Notes: generated by a model from the letters alone, not told the origin. 64,000 bases of DNA from Octopus vulgaris (GCA_951406725.2 OX597822.1:83886001-83950000), one strand, 5' to 3'; shown: positions 13,324 through 28,478, numbered from the stretch's first letter. Made by a program: numbers and translations.

Positions 13324-14230
13324 GAGGGAAAAACAAGGAGAAGAAAATGGAGAATAAATGGATGTTATTACTGATTTATTTGCATGTTGTAGAAAGATGA
13401 CGTTTTTTTTAAAAAAAAAAAAGCATTACGAATAAATAGGAAGTTGATGGCTCAGTTAAGAAAAACAAAACGTAAGATGAACCTACATATATGTTTCTGT
13501 CAAGCCAACAAGTAGTTGGGAATTTCCAAAACGTGTTTAATATCAGGAAAAATGCCACATCCATACTATTTTATCGTTGGACTTCTTTAGGTTTCGAAAA
13601 GAGATTAGTCCACTTAGGTAATCATTAATTCTTTTAATATAATGATTACTTAAGTGGAGTTAGCTCTTTTTGAACCCTGAGGAAGTCCAACCATAAAATA
13701 GTATGAATGTGACAATTTCCTTGACATTAAACAACATGTTTTGGAGATTCCCATCTACTTGCTGGTTTGACAGAAACGTATATGTTTCTGTCAAGCCAAT
13801 AAGTAGTTGGGAATTTCCAAAACGTGTTTAATATCAGGAAAAATGCCACATCCATACTATTTTATCGTTGGACTTCTTCAGGGTTCGAAAAGAGGTTAGT
13901 CCACTTAGGTAATCATTAATTCTTTTAATATAATGATTACTTAAGTGGAGTTAGCTCTTTTTGAACCCTGAAGAAGTCCAACCATAAAGTAGTATGAATG
14001 TGACAATTTCCTTGACATTAAACAACATGTTTTGGAGATTCCCATCTACTTGCTGGTTTGACAGAACGTATATGTAGGTTCATCTTGCGTTTTTTATCTT
14101 TTTGCTTAAATTTTTAAGCTTTCAATTCCAATTTATTTGTAATGTTTTAAAAAAAACGTCATCTTTCTACATACAAATAAATTAGTAATTAGATCCTTTT
14201 ATTTTCCATTTTCTTCTCCATATTTCCCTC
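13324..14230. mobile_element. Palindromic Penelope pLTR-like block with four long-stem-II hammerhead copies
   Basis: Outer arms are diverged inverted repeats; internal 291-bp tandem duplication (13491 vs 13782); hammerhead cores on alternating strands. Confidence 0.75.
13963..14081 (+). ncRNA. Hammerhead motif with extended stem II (about 90 nt); one core A deleted in this copy
   Basis: gaacc CTGAAGA a gtc...gac a GAA(-)C gtatat GTA ggttc. The sister copy at 13673-13785 retains GAAAC. Confidence 0.65.
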
Positions 14231-14275
<45 letters not shown>

Positions 14276-14454
14276 GGGGGGGCAGAGAAAGAGAAAGATA
14301 AAGAGAGAGAGAGAGAGAAAGAGAAAGAGATACATACGCACATATATACATATGCATATATATGTACACAAATATACAAATGTATACATATGTATATATA
14401 CCTGTATGTATATATGTATATGTATGTATATATGTGTATGTCTGTATTTAGGTA

Positions 14455-14501
<47 letters not shown>

Positions 14502-14589
14502 GTGTTTATAAATATATATATGTATATATATGCATGTATGTCCATGTGTGCGCGTGCGCGTGTGCGTATGTGTGTTTGTGTGTGAGCAA

Positions 14590-16705
14590 AACATATTTAC
14601 AGGAAGATTCTTCTATAGTCATTAAAGATGCCGACGAAAGAGGATCCATTATAATAATGGACATGACACAATATATGGAAATTGTCTGAGAAATACTAAC
14701 TTTTCTAAACACAAATATAAACTAATGCAGATAAACAACAATGAGTAGAAATGGTAAATTAACAGAGAATGAGTTAAGGAAAAAGAAGTTAAAAAATGAG
14801 GTAAAATGTAGACTTCCAAAAATCTATGAAAACAGCTAAAAGTACCTCTATACACCCTATGTAAAGATTCCTGAACCATCTGACCCGAGATGACGTCCAA
14901 TGACAGGATCAGTTTCTAGAACCCAACAATTAAGCCAATTGCTTGACATAATTTGGAAATCTTTGTGCAGATTGGTTTCTAGCTTGATCAGAGATGACAT
15001 GGATTCCAAAACCATATTCCTGAACGAATAGATAAAAAGACAATTTTAGTTGGCTTTGACGTAATCAGTCTCTACACAAATATTCCTCATAGATTTGGAC
15101 AACAGGCAAAATTGTCGATAGAACCACAAGGATTTGTGGAGTAATTTCCAAGAATTTATTCTTGAAAGATTGCAATTAGTACTGGTAAATAACTATTTCT
15201 TCTTTGACAACAACTATTACATACACATACAAGGCACAGCAATTGTCCAAAAGCCACACCAACGTTGGTGACACCAGTTATTGGATACCTGGAAGAAAAA
15301 TCTCTATTCTATTTACAATTAGATTTGATCCGTATTTTCAAACGTATTTGATAAGTAATTAAAAAGACTCTTCGATGACTGCTTCATATTATGCTTACAA
15401 GAGTCCTGAAATTAATAAATGAAGCGAATGAAAGTCGAACTCCTTTTTCATAATTCAAGAAAATAAGACAGTTACAGACGCTTTCTACCGCATTGATACA
15501 GACACCAAAATTTAGATTTTAGATCTTGCTACCCTTCCAATACAAAAAGAAACACAACATTCACTAAAGCAATACTTATACGCTTAATACTTACAGAACA
15601 AATCTGACAAGAAAATTACTGGTATTTCTTTTACGATCAAAAAGTACCCGCAAAAGCTAACAAATCATGCCATGGACGAAGCAAACGAAATCCAGATCTC
15701 TATTTCTTGGGGACACATTTATATTGACGAGGAAGACAAAAATGCAAATATGAATATGCCAATTGTAGTCAACCATATTCCTAGGAACAGCATCCGGCAT
15801 TCAGCCAAATATTATCTTCCATTTCTACTTCAATCATTGAATCTCTGACAAAGAATTAACACATCACAAATCATCAAGAACCGAAGACTACCACAAATCA
15901 CAAGAGACTCCTCTCAATTGAAGATTCACATCAGAGAAAGAAGTGATGCAGAACACAAACTATGGAGACCCTCGTTGTGGAAGATGGGAAATAAGAAGCA
16001 AAGATTCAAGAATGAGAAGGAATTGAAAGTGAATGTAAACATGGATCGCAAAACAAAGAATCTCATTCACTGCATCACATGCCCACAGTGCAATGAGAAT
16101 TACAATGGAGCGACAGAAACAAAGCTAACCTGATGTGTAAATTTACATAAACAGAAAATTAAAGATTTATCTCATAGCAATGTTCCATATAGTAAATACT
16201 AGCAGTATCGCCCGGCGTTGCTCAGGTTTGTAAGGGAAATAACTATAAAGCATTTTTAGAGAGTTATAGCCAAAAAATAGCAAAAAAATGGAAAAAAATG
16301 ATGGTAAATTTATTTTTTTAGTTAAAAAAGATGGAGTTGCGTCCCCTAGACAGTTTGTGTTTCTGATTCTGGACCCCATGTCGAATTTATCGATTTTTTT
16401 CAGAACTGGGGGAACTTTTCAAAATTTTCGCTGCGTTAGTTTTGAATTATGACATTGGGCTATGTGTGTGTCAAGTTTCATCAGAATCGGTTGAAAGCCG
16501 TGGTCAGGGTGAAGGTACAAGCAAACAGACACACAGAAACACGCACAGACAAACTGCCGTTTATATATAGAGAGATTTAAATATTTGTGTAAATGGAAAA
16601 TTCAAAATATTTTGTTTTTACAAAGTAAAAGGTGAAAAGGAACAACTACGAAAGACAAAAGCATGCTTTGTAAGAATTCTAAATCCGACGCCATACCGGA
16701 AATAG
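14590..16705 (+). pseudogene. Decayed Penelope-like element ORF (reverse transcriptase + GIY-YIG endonuclease)
   Basis: SIVIKDADERGSIIIMD (about 14610); FDVISLYTNIP (15055); QGTA (15230); YLEEK; DDCF (15374); NLIHCITCPQCNENYNGATET (about 16058). Many stops and frameshifts; interrupted by a Helitron. Confidence 0.85.
16199..16575 (-). mobile_element. Non-autonomous Helitron (Lep1-like)
   Basis: On the minus strand it starts TC, has a CTGT-rich tract, a subterminal hairpin cctgagcaacgccggg, and ends CTAG. Inserted between A and T with no TSD; removing it restores the host reading frame. Confidence 0.85.
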
Positions 16706-16928
16706 ATGACACTGTTACTTCCTCCCAAAACATTAACCCGAAACACGAATGTTTAATAAGTTGAACAACGAAAACACTTGCACACAAAATTCACACTAGA
16801 CACAACATACCAATATTCACAAACATTTTCCCAAAAAGTCAATGACATTCTGATAGATATCTTTTTAAATAGTTAATAACTTTCCAAAAATCTTATAAAT
16901 CCATACATATACATACATACATACACAC

Positions 16929-16974
<46 letters not shown>

Positions 16975-17083
16975 CGGGAAGCTTTATGAAAATAATATAT
17001 ATATATATATAAAGATTTATATATATATATACATGAAAATAATATATATATATATAAAGATTTATATATATACATACATATTT

Positions 17084-17730
17084 AACTGTGTTGTCGGATA
17101 AATTCGCACGCTTTTTTCCCTATTTGTTTTCGTATTTATCAGCAACTTTAAGAAATTAATGAATAATATATTCTTCCACTTTATTCACGACTTATTACCA
17201 ACGTTCTATTTGCTTGTCCAAATATCTTGAAGGTAGAAATTACGGAATCTTGACTAAGAATTTATGGTCGAAATTCCTTGCAGACTGCTGGTGAGCGACC
17301 GCATCAAAATTATAATTTGAACACGTTATATGAGACGATTGCGGTGGGTACAGTAAAACATCCTAACTGCGCTCTTGACTGGCTTTCTTTTAGCAAATTA
17401 GCGATATGTCGCAAGTGTTATCGTATTGAGAAAGTACACTGTTCAGGTATTTTCAGCTGGTTTTCCTCATTGGATCTTATTCATCGAATGATGATGACGG
17501 GCGACGGTATCAAACTAATGCGATGCTTGTTGCTGGTCGGCCAGATGATATTGTTTAATCTGTCGTGTCCAAAATGGTTGAGTGGTGATCCAAATTTACT
17601 TCGATAATATCTCTGCATTTTATATCTCAGAGTTTCAAACAATTTCCGCTCCGTGTAACTGATTTCATATATCCATATTCTCCACCCATCATTGAGTAAT
17701 TTTCTTTCGTTTGTCGCCATTAATGCATGT
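17084..17730 (-). mobile_element. Highly decayed mariner-like remnant
   Basis: Minus-strand LDKQIERW**VVNKVEEY resembles the mariner C-terminus; boundaries approximate. Confidence 0.35.
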
Positions 17731-18769
17731 AAATGTGCGGTAAGGAAGTTTTGTATGTATAGATATTTATCATTTATGTGGGTTTATACATGAGTGTGTG
17801 CGTGTGTGTGTGTGAACAGGAGATAATGTACTTTGGCGTATATTTACTATGTAAACATATTCACTATAATAATATTCTGCTTTTCGTCGGAAATCCGTTT
17901 TGAGACAGGGATTATTGAATGCAAAGACTATTATCTGATGCTGATACAGTAGAACGACCCCAGAAAGATTAATATTATTGATTATTGAGTTTGCAAGGAA
18001 ACTATATAGCAAATTAGGCAACACGTCGTTTCATTTCACTCTTCCGTGATGTCTATTATTAATGCATTCCTATTGCCCCCTTAGTTTTGACGTTTAGTTA
18101 TGCTTTCTAGAGATTTTATATTCGAAAGACATTAGATTAATCCTGTCAAGATAAACATATGCATGTATACAGTTTTCGTTTGTTTCTTTCTTCATATACT
18201 TCAAGTTGTCAATGTTATCGATATAGATATCGATCTTTTGTAATAAACTCATTTGACCTCATTGATATTGAAGTTTGTCTTGAGGGCTTTTTCTCTTTTT
18301 CTTTTTTGATTTGATTTTTGAAGAGATTGCTTAGACATTTAAAATTCATGACATTACATCGCATATATACCTTAACATTTATGATTGCTGATGAATTGAT
18401 AAGCAACTTTACATTATTCCACATGTAATTGTATATGCTGTGGTCGTGAATAGCTATACAAACCATGTAGAAATATGTTTTGTTTTCAATTTCTGTGAGG
18501 AAGCTTAAAAATGACCTAATGTATCTTGTTTATAATTCTACAAATGGATGTACTTTTCGCTGGTGTTATGATTGTTTAACTTCTAGCCAGCTCTGATCAA
18601 ACAAATCATGTTCCGAGGAATTTCTTTTCGGAATAGTGTATCCTGGACTACATGATCCAATCTGTGTTTGTTTCCGGTCTTAGAAAGAGTAACCAAATAA
18701 CTCTGGTTTCACAACAACTGACTAAACCGAATAAAAATATTACTGACGAACTTCGCACAGAAAGGTGTG

Positions 18770-19129
<360 letters not shown>

Positions 19130-19176
19130 TCTAAAAATACCTTAGGAATGAGAACCCAAGTTCGAAATTTCCCCAA

Positions 19177-19222
19177 GACACCTGATGAAGGCTGGAGGGT
19201 ACATCAGCCGAAACGTTGTGTT
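19177..19222 (+). ncRNA. Minimal type I hammerhead ribozyme (Penelope pLTR type)
   Basis: gacac CTGATGA a ggctg-gagggtacat-cagcc GAAA CG TT gtgtt. The AACGTT palindrome stands in place of stem III. Confidence 0.85.
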
Positions 19223-19559
19223 AACAATAAACAAGATGAGGAGAAAGATCCGTCACATGTAAATAATGTACATAATTCCTCATCTCTTAAATATAGAAGT
19301 GTATTATTTTTTGTAATTTTGAGATGCATATGCGATAACCAAATTAATTTCTTCTTGAAAGCTTTCAATAATTTACCTTCTTCGCTTTTATGTTTATCAG
19401 TAAGTAAAAGTCTAATTCATGTGGTGTTGAAAATTCTGTGAAAAGAAACAAATCTTTTCCAGCTACTGAGGTATATTCTTCTCTGCTGGAATGCTAAATC
19501 TCTTCAACGAAATAGCTATCGTATTTGATTTTTTATCCACGATTAATAAATATTGATTT

Positions 19560-20050
19560 CACATTTTAACACAAGGCCAGCAACTCCGGAGGAGGGGATA
19601 CGTCGACCCAGTTTTCAACTGGTACTTATTTTATCGACTCAAAGGATGAAAGGCAAAGTCCACCTCAACGAAATCTGAGCTTAGGGCCATTTCATCCGAA
19701 ATACTTAGTAAGATTCACCAGATCATCAGGTATTTATTATTTAACTGTAATATTTGTAAGTGTTGATAATGTATTGATAATCTACATGCTATTACCTCCG
19801 CCTAAGTATTTCGGCCGGTGTGCTAACAATTCTAACATCTCATTGACTTATCGATTACAAAATATTGTCTTCAAATTTTGGCACGAGACCAGTAAATTCG
19901 GTGGATGGGGTGAATTGATTACTTGAAACCCAGAGTTCAACTGGTATCTATTTTATCGATCTCGAAAGGAGAAAAGGCAATGCAGACTTCCATGGAAGTT
20001 CAACTCATATCATCCATCATGCTAACGGGTCTACCAAATCGCTGTCTTAT
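19560..20050 (-). mobile_element. Two diverged SINE family B copies
   Basis: caactggtacttattttatcga...ggatgaaaggcaaagtc motif, with a more diverged second match. Confidence 0.65.
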
Positions 20051-20620
20051 CGATTATTAAATATTGAAGTCACTCTTACCCTTTCAGTTAATTTCGAATC
20101 AACATTATTCGAATTTTCCATGAAAGCGTTTCTAATGTAATGGGTTTGACAGAAAATAAAAGCAGAAAATATTTGTTTAATAAATCGTTGCTATTATGCA
20201 AAATTGTCGTAAATTTAAGACGTTTCTTTTTCATAAAACGAAAAAATAGTTTCCCTTTTCCACAGCAAAATCGTTGTACTACACTTTGACAATTTTTGAT
20301 ATCTTGGCATCTGAAGCAGATGGAGATACGATAGTTTGACCAAAAGAACTGGTTATTGCAAGCAAAACTAAATATTGAAAAAAAAAACGCATTTGGTTAA
20401 ATTTGGACATACAACAGTTTAACATAATAGCAACGAAATTAAATATTTCTCTAACTTTTTAATTCTAATTTACTATAGTTTATGAAATGCTGTTAGTTAG
20501 TATACGAATTTGAGAATATTTTCCTTTGAACCATACATACTATTCAAAAATTAAGATAGCAAAATATATTTGAAATATGTGCAGGTGTATGTTAAGATTT
20601 CCTGATGCATATATGTATGT

Positions 20621-20710
<90 letters not shown>

Positions 20711-21827
20711 AGTAAAAACATCGTTGTTGTTGATATATTTCAAAAGATAACTCAAACAGTTTTTCAGATTTTATGTGCGCAGAGGAGTACCCCACCTTGG
20801 TGTGCAAAATGTAAATACCCAAGCCACAAATCCATAATCTATCCAAATGTTTTCAAACAAATGACTCTTGAATGGTTTGCTTCTAATAATATTAGCAATT
20901 CCGATATCTTGATCTAAAGCTTCATAAATTCAACTCCCTACGATTTTATAAACAATGCTTCTCTTTGTCGATAACGCTGAGTTGTAATAACATCTCGATA
21001 TTTATTTTTAAGGCCTTTCAGAGAGCTTTTTCAAAGAAAACCTAACAAAATACCAACACACGTCTTCCATGATAATTTCCATTTTCACAGTTGTGTCTGA
21101 GTTTCTATACAAACCTTACCATACTTTGCTTCCCATCAATAAAATACATAAATGCTACAGCCGTATGGTATGGCACTGCCTGTTGATTCGTGGAACAATA
21201 AGACCAAATGTTAAATGTTAAAACATATCAAAGCATACATTTATTTAAATCTCAGCAGACAGTTCCAAAATGCACCTGCGAGCTGTATAAGAGGGGAAAT
21301 TTGTTTGTTTCTTGTTCTAAGCGATATGTTAGCATTGTCTTGTAATTCTTTCTACATGAAGTCTGAAAAGTTGACTCGGACAAAGTAACACAGTTTATTT
21401 ATTTTGCAACAATTTGAAATTGAGATTTTCATAAATTAGTATCATTCTCTGCAAGCTCTGTTGTACTGACAATCTCCTAAAATATTTAAAGAATTGTCTT
21501 ATTTTCCTTGAAGACAGGAGAAATAAATTTTGAAATGTTTATTATTTATTTGTTTCTCGATTAATATTCATTTACCAACCAAAGCGAAGATTGTCTGTTC
21601 TATCCAGTCCAAGGAAATTCAAAGTTTAAAAATAGTTGTTAAATCATTTAAATTTACTTTGAGTTTTAACATTATGACTACGGGATATTGTTCAAGATGC
21701 TTCTTATCAGAAGTTACTGTATTGAAGCAACGTATTTACATAGAATTTGTCTCTAATACATACACAGCCGAACATACAAAGAGTGACTGAGAGAGTGAGA
21801 TAGAAAGACAGACAGACGGACGGACAA

Positions 21828-21911
<84 letters not shown>

Positions 21912-22424
21912 CACAGTGTTATGCGTTTATGCATGGCACAGTAGTTTGAATCCAGTAAAGGTACTTCAACATAAACTGTTGTGATAAGTGATTAAGGTGA
22001 ATAAACGTATTGGGAATTTTGCTGTTATTTATTTCGGAATTCCTGGTACCGTTCCTTTAAAATTATTGGTGTCACTGCTTTAAATTTAGAGACTGAAAAA
22101 TTCTGTCAAAGCTAAGTTAATAAATATCAAGATTATCAAACTTAAATATAACTATAGACCTAGCGGTTAAGCTAGAGAGTTTTCCGCGGGTCCAAGATAG
22201 AATAAAACTATGAGAGGACAGAGAGACAGATAAAAGAACAAATTGAAGGAAGACACAGGAAAAGATAGAAGTAACGGGAAAAGTCAAAATACGAAAAGCC
22301 AAAGGTAAGGAAACAGAAACCTATGTAACAGGTAGACAAAAGTGAAAGAAATGAAGGAAAATGGGTGAAGAAATTGGTCAAGAAATTTGGTTTTAACTGT
22401 ATCAAGATATCATAAATAATGGTT

Positions 22425-22625
22425 TTTAGTTTAGGTACAAGGATGGTAAGTTTGATGATAGAATTTAGTTGGTCTCATTCACCATTATTTTATTTTATCA
22501 ACCCAGCAGAGATGAAGGCCAAACCTGACTTGTGTGGAATTTGAACTCACAACGTCCAGAGTCAGAAAACTGAACGCAAGATATTTTGCCCGCTGCTCTA
22601 ACGATTTCTGCACTCCATCGCCCTA
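22425..22625 (-). mobile_element. SINE family B, diverged
   Basis: gatgaaggccaaacc...ggaatttgaactcacaacgt...gcccgctgctctaacgatttctgc. Confidence 0.55.
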
Positions 22626-23621
22626 CGATTATCGAAACTAATGCTTCAAATTTAGTAAGAGAGAAAGAAAGAAAGAATGGAAAGAAAACAGCAGAAAGAA
22701 AGAGTATTTGTGAAGTGGACTGAAAGATGTTACAGGGATGGTAGAAAGATTTATATGAAAAGGATATTAAAGAGAGAATGAGCAAGCATTCTAGAGTTAC
22801 CGTTAAAAGAGAGGTAAGTCTCAGCCTTTCATACTAACTTTTCTTTCTTTGTCTTTCTCACTTCTCATGGAGTTAATGATACCGCTAGGTTATTATAATA
22901 ATGCACCTATATTTTATGTGTGATAATATATAAAAATCGTACAGCCCACGTTGTACTAGCTGCTTACACAATAGTATAGATTCTCTCAAGCTTTGAGTTA
23001 TATATCCAAAAATCTGGCTATTTATTTCCCGTGGAGTTCCATTCGAGAATCACAGATGTAAAGCTCCATTGGCTGAGGGGAAATATACACAATGAACTAT
23101 CAGTCGACGTGATCTATATTTGAATAAACTAAAAAATATGTATTTGAACAATACCTCATTTCACCCGTTTTGTAGAGGACATCAACCAAATCTTTGGCCA
23201 GTGTTTCCAGTAGCAGACTAACCATTCTAAACGGCAAAAGATTTATCTCTGCTTCTGATATCTTCTATAATCGATAATATAACGGTTGCATCTTCAGATG
23301 ACATATTAAAGCTGTATATAGATTATGTAACATTTTCAATGCATAATCGCAGAAACCGAAGCATTACTAACGAAATATTATTGTTAGAATTCGTGTGATA
23401 TTTATCATTTGAATGAGTACTAAATTCAATATAACTTCTTTCAAAGGTATGCAGCATTGTACAAAATGTCTTAAGTAATGAAACGTGTTTAAAGACAATA
23501 GAAACTATCAAAAAAACCGCTCGGAGGGAGGGCTTTTGTGCTAGTCATTGTAGTAAGGAGATACATTCTATCGATCTATCTATCTATTCCATATATTTGT
23601 TCTTTTTATCTATATCTATAT

Positions 23622-23676
<55 letters not shown>

Positions 23677-23751
23677 GACATATGTGTGTATGCTTTCTTT
23701 GGATGTGTATGTGTATGTGTGCTTTTGTGTATGTGTGTGGGAGGGTATCTG

Positions 23752-23809
<58 letters not shown>

Positions 23810-24012
23810 TGTGTGTGTTCCTACCGCTTGAAACTGATACCGTCTTGTTTACGTCTCTCTAACTTAGCGACGACTCTGCAAAGAGTCACAAAACTACCCA
23901 GACTTCCCAAAAAATAAGCTCTGGAGACCAAATTCTACAGGACTGTCCCATCTTTATTATTGGATTCGATGAATAAATTTCATGACATGAGGAAAATATT
24001 GTGACTCCAGTA

Positions 24013-24122
<110 letters not shown>

Positions 24123-24124
24123 CA

Positions 24125-24481
<357 letters not shown>

Positions 24482-24597
24482 TAATTCCAACAGCGGCTGG
24501 TGTTAATCTGTTTAAATCTTTCAATGTTCTCATAATACCTAAATTTGGAGGGAAACTAAGACCACAGAATAGTATATTTCGTGGCTTCAGTCCGTTC

Positions 24598-24647
<50 letters not shown>

Positions 24648-25541
24648 CATACACACATACACACACACACACATAATTGTCATCGTCTTCTAGACGTTCT
24701 TGCATGACATTCTGTTGTCTAAACGCTAAGTTATCAGGTGTTTATTAAATTTGTGCTGCATGTGATAAGTGAAAATTATTGGGTTCTCGAGCTTTAAGGT
24801 CACGACTGAGTGACATACGAATTCTGAATCTTGTATTTATTTAGCAAATATTCTAGGATAAAAGCGGAAGTGCCAAAAGTGTCTTTGGGGCAATAGCTTT
24901 TATAGCAGGATGCAGAACATAACTGAGGCAATCATTCATTGTGACAGGATACTGGAGACAGTCGAAAATATATCATTATAAAAGAAAATTGGAAATGTTC
25001 AAGACAAAAATAAAAACACATCGTAATTGATATTGTAAGAAATACATAAATAAGAGGAGATATACTTAAGAGCTGCTGGTTCGAGAGATTAATGAGAAGA
25101 TTAATAGTATCAAGAGAGATGTTTTAATGGCACTACAACATTTAGTGCGATTGTTCTAGAAATTAACTTTGTACTTCAGCATTACCCTAGTTTCGAAAGA
25201 CTAAGTTACAATAATGTATTTCAGTTCATATTCAACCGAATTTGTTTCTCGTATTCTGTGATTGATGTAAATGAAGAAACAAGAGAATGATTGTTGTGTG
25301 GACAACTGAATATTTGTAAATCTGAAAATATATGAAGACAAACGAGAGTAAACGAAATACTCTATATTGTACTGTAGAATATAACTGATATAATAAATGC
25401 GAAAACTAATTTCTATGCATCAGTGTGTCACACTTTGACCTCCTATCTCACTATTCAAGGACACTTCTACTATTCCTCATGCTGAGATGAGAGTAATAGT
25501 AGACATAGAGACGGTGAGGGCGGTGGCGAAGACAGACAGAT

Positions 25542-25578
<37 letters not shown>

Positions 25579-25911
25579 AATACAAAGAAATTTAAGGAGA
25601 GGTTATTATGTTTTATTAAAAGTAGTAGTGTTGATGGTGGCAGTGGGAGAGAGAAAGAGTGTGTATGTGGGAGAAAGAGGGAGAAGATGTACAACTTTGT
25701 TTAACCATGTTTCTTTGACAGAAATTCCTGTGGCCAACATACTGAACAAAACATTTCTTTTACATACATTTAGCCTTTTTCTTTAATCATTTTGCCCTCA
25801 TATATATATAAATGAAATACACTTTAATTGAAATAAAGTTTCCCCAAAAAATAAACATATCTAATAAATGTGAATGTCAGTGTGTTACACTTTTTCAACC
25901 TTAATAAACCC

Positions 25912-26275
25912 TTTCTACCAGAAGCACAAGGCCTCAAATTTTTGGGGAAGGGGTTAGGTTGATTAAATCGACCCCAGCATGTAACTGGTACTAATTTTAT
26001 CGACCCCGGAAGGGATGAAAGGTAAAGTCGACCTCGGTGGAATTTGAACTCAAAACCTAACGGCAAACGAAATACCTATTTCTTTACTACCCACAAGGGG
26101 CTAAACACAGAAGAGACAAACAAGGACAGACAGACGGATTAAGTCGATTATATCGACCCTAGTGTTTAAGTGGTACTTAGTTTATCGACCTTAGTTTATC
26201 AGAACGTAGCGGCACACGAAATACCCGCTAAGCATTTCGCCCGGCGCGCTAACGTTTCTGAAAGCTAACCGCCCT
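25912..26275 (-). mobile_element. SINE family B, dimeric form
   Basis: Two tandem body modules; same layout as 29060-29462. Confidence 0.75.
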
Positions 26276-26740
26276 GTATAGAAAGCTATTATATACATAC
26301 ACACATCGGGTGGTGCATTGTGTTCTTGAGCAAAACGTTTCATGTCACGTTGCTCTGCGATCACTTCGACACCTGACGCGTGGTATACGGTGCACCTGTT
26401 CAGGTAACATCGATTTCATGGGGAGAGAGAGAGTTAGCTAATGTACAGCAAATACAATTGATCACTATAAGTAACTCATTTCTGCAAAAGCTGAACTCTC
26501 ATACATCGTCTTCGACGAGAGACTCCATCATTTATATATACAGAGACAGACAGACAGACAGATAGACAGATAGACAGAGAGAGACAGACAGATGTATGCA
26601 TATGTTCGTATGGAAGAGTAGTGGTATTTCCAAACATTTCAGCTACTTCTATATATGTGGGTGATTCTATTCAGTTTGGGAACCAGTGTGTATGTGTGTG
26701 TGTAAACGTGAACAGCAGGAGCGGTGTCTACACTATGAAG

Positions 26741-26999
26741 TATTGGGCTGGTGCATAATTATTGCGGCTTTTTTTTTTTCAATACATTTAATTCAATAAA
26801 ATCAATAACAATATTTAACAAAAACATCTTTAAATGACGGTCTGACCGTCTGCCAAGCAAATGGGAAGCAGTAATTGAAGTAGATGGTGAATATGTTCCG
26901 GAATAATCATTTAAAGATGCTTTTGCTACATGTTGTTATTGTTTTTGTTGAATAAAATTTGTTGAAGAAAATCTGCAATAATTATGCACCAAGCCAATA
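26741..26999. mobile_element. Mariner-type MITE
   Basis: TIRs tattgggctggtgcataattattgc / gcaataattatgcaccaagccaata; TA at both ends; second copy at 51680. Confidence 0.85.
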
Positions 27000-27118
27000 A
27001 TATCTGCAAAGATTTTGCAATTAATTCGTTATTAAACATAATGGAATTTACACCACTGAATCGTGTCCTCTGTCAATGTAATGCAACTACAGTACTGTCA
27101 ATATGGCTTGAAGCCATG

Positions 27119-27119
27119 G

Positions 27120-27193
<74 letters not shown>
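27119..27193. repeat. (CAT)n microsatellite
   Basis: Seen directly. Confidence 0.97.
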
Positions 27194-27194
<1 letters not shown>

Positions 27195-28066
27195 TACCAT
27201 CATTTTCTCCATCACCATATTCATCACAATCATCCACAGAAGCTAAAACAAAATGATGATCTTTATTCTATATTTTATTCCATTTTCAGCTTACAGCAAT
27301 TGCTACATCATCATCATCATCGTCGTAATCAACAACAACAACAACTATAACATGTTGACACTAGTAAGAGCCAGACAAATGACAAAAATCTCCAGCCATA
27401 ACAACAGAAACGATTATGCAAAATCAAGAAAAAAAATGCTATTTTGTTTGAGAAAAATTATGATAAAATCTAAAACTTGTTGAAATCCAATGAAAGAGGA
27501 TGACACGAAAAACGAAAGAAAAACTGAAAGGAAAAAATTACGAATAGATTTTCACTAGAAAAAATTGCAACGATTTATTCTGGTTTTACATTTTCGAAAT
27601 TCGAAAATAGTTTGCAGAAAATGTGGAATATTTTACTACAAAGGAAAGATTATTTTACAATTTCAAAACTTCATAATAATTTTCTCTGCGACGAGCTCAT
27701 ACTAAAACAAACAGCTCGTCTAAAACAAAATTTGTTGATGCAAACCGCCAATAGCTTCCCGCTTTTAAATTTGTTTATCCATTTTAGAATTTAATTGTGA
27801 AAGGGAATGAAGAAGAGATCCTACGCATCATGTGAACCAATATGTTCAGGGGCCCGCAAAGCCTGCTTTCTTTCGCATTCTCTCTACCGTGTATCGCATG
27901 AAGTTAGGGTAGTCTTGAATGGAGCTGCTGTTGATCGCACCAAAATCTTATTGATAATGACGCAATACTGTTATCATTTTTGGACGATAACATGAGATGA
28001 GCATGTCCACGTCTCGTGTGTGATATTTCCATGTGTTCCTTAGTTGTCCTTTTGCGCAACTTTTGA

Positions 28067-28116
<50 letters not shown>

Positions 28117-28129
28117 ATATTATTTTATT

Positions 28130-28478
28130 CTTTTTCTTTTATTTGTTCCAGTCATTTGATTGCGGCCATGCTGGAGCACCACCTTTAGTCGAACAAATCG
28201 ACTCCAGGACTTATTGTTTGTAAGCTTAGTACTTACTCTATCGGTCACTTTTGCCGAAGGGCTAAGTTATGGGGACGTAAACACACCAACATCGGTTGTC
28301 AAGTGATCAATCATCAGGAGACAAGCACAGACACACAACCATATATACATACGACGGGCTACTTTCCTTTCAATTTCCGTCTACCAAATCCACTCACAAG
28401 GCTTTGGTCGGTCCGAGGCTATAGTAGAAAACACTTGCCCAAGGTGTCACGCAGTGGGACTACACAGCCACGCCTACG

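Noticed and set aside
22778-22819. Short first exon MSKHSRVTVKRE followed by GTAAGT
   Set aside because: Good donor site, but too short to distinguish from chance and no downstream exon identified
27063-27350. His-rich protein
   Set aside because: (CAT)n microsatellite with no other coding evidence
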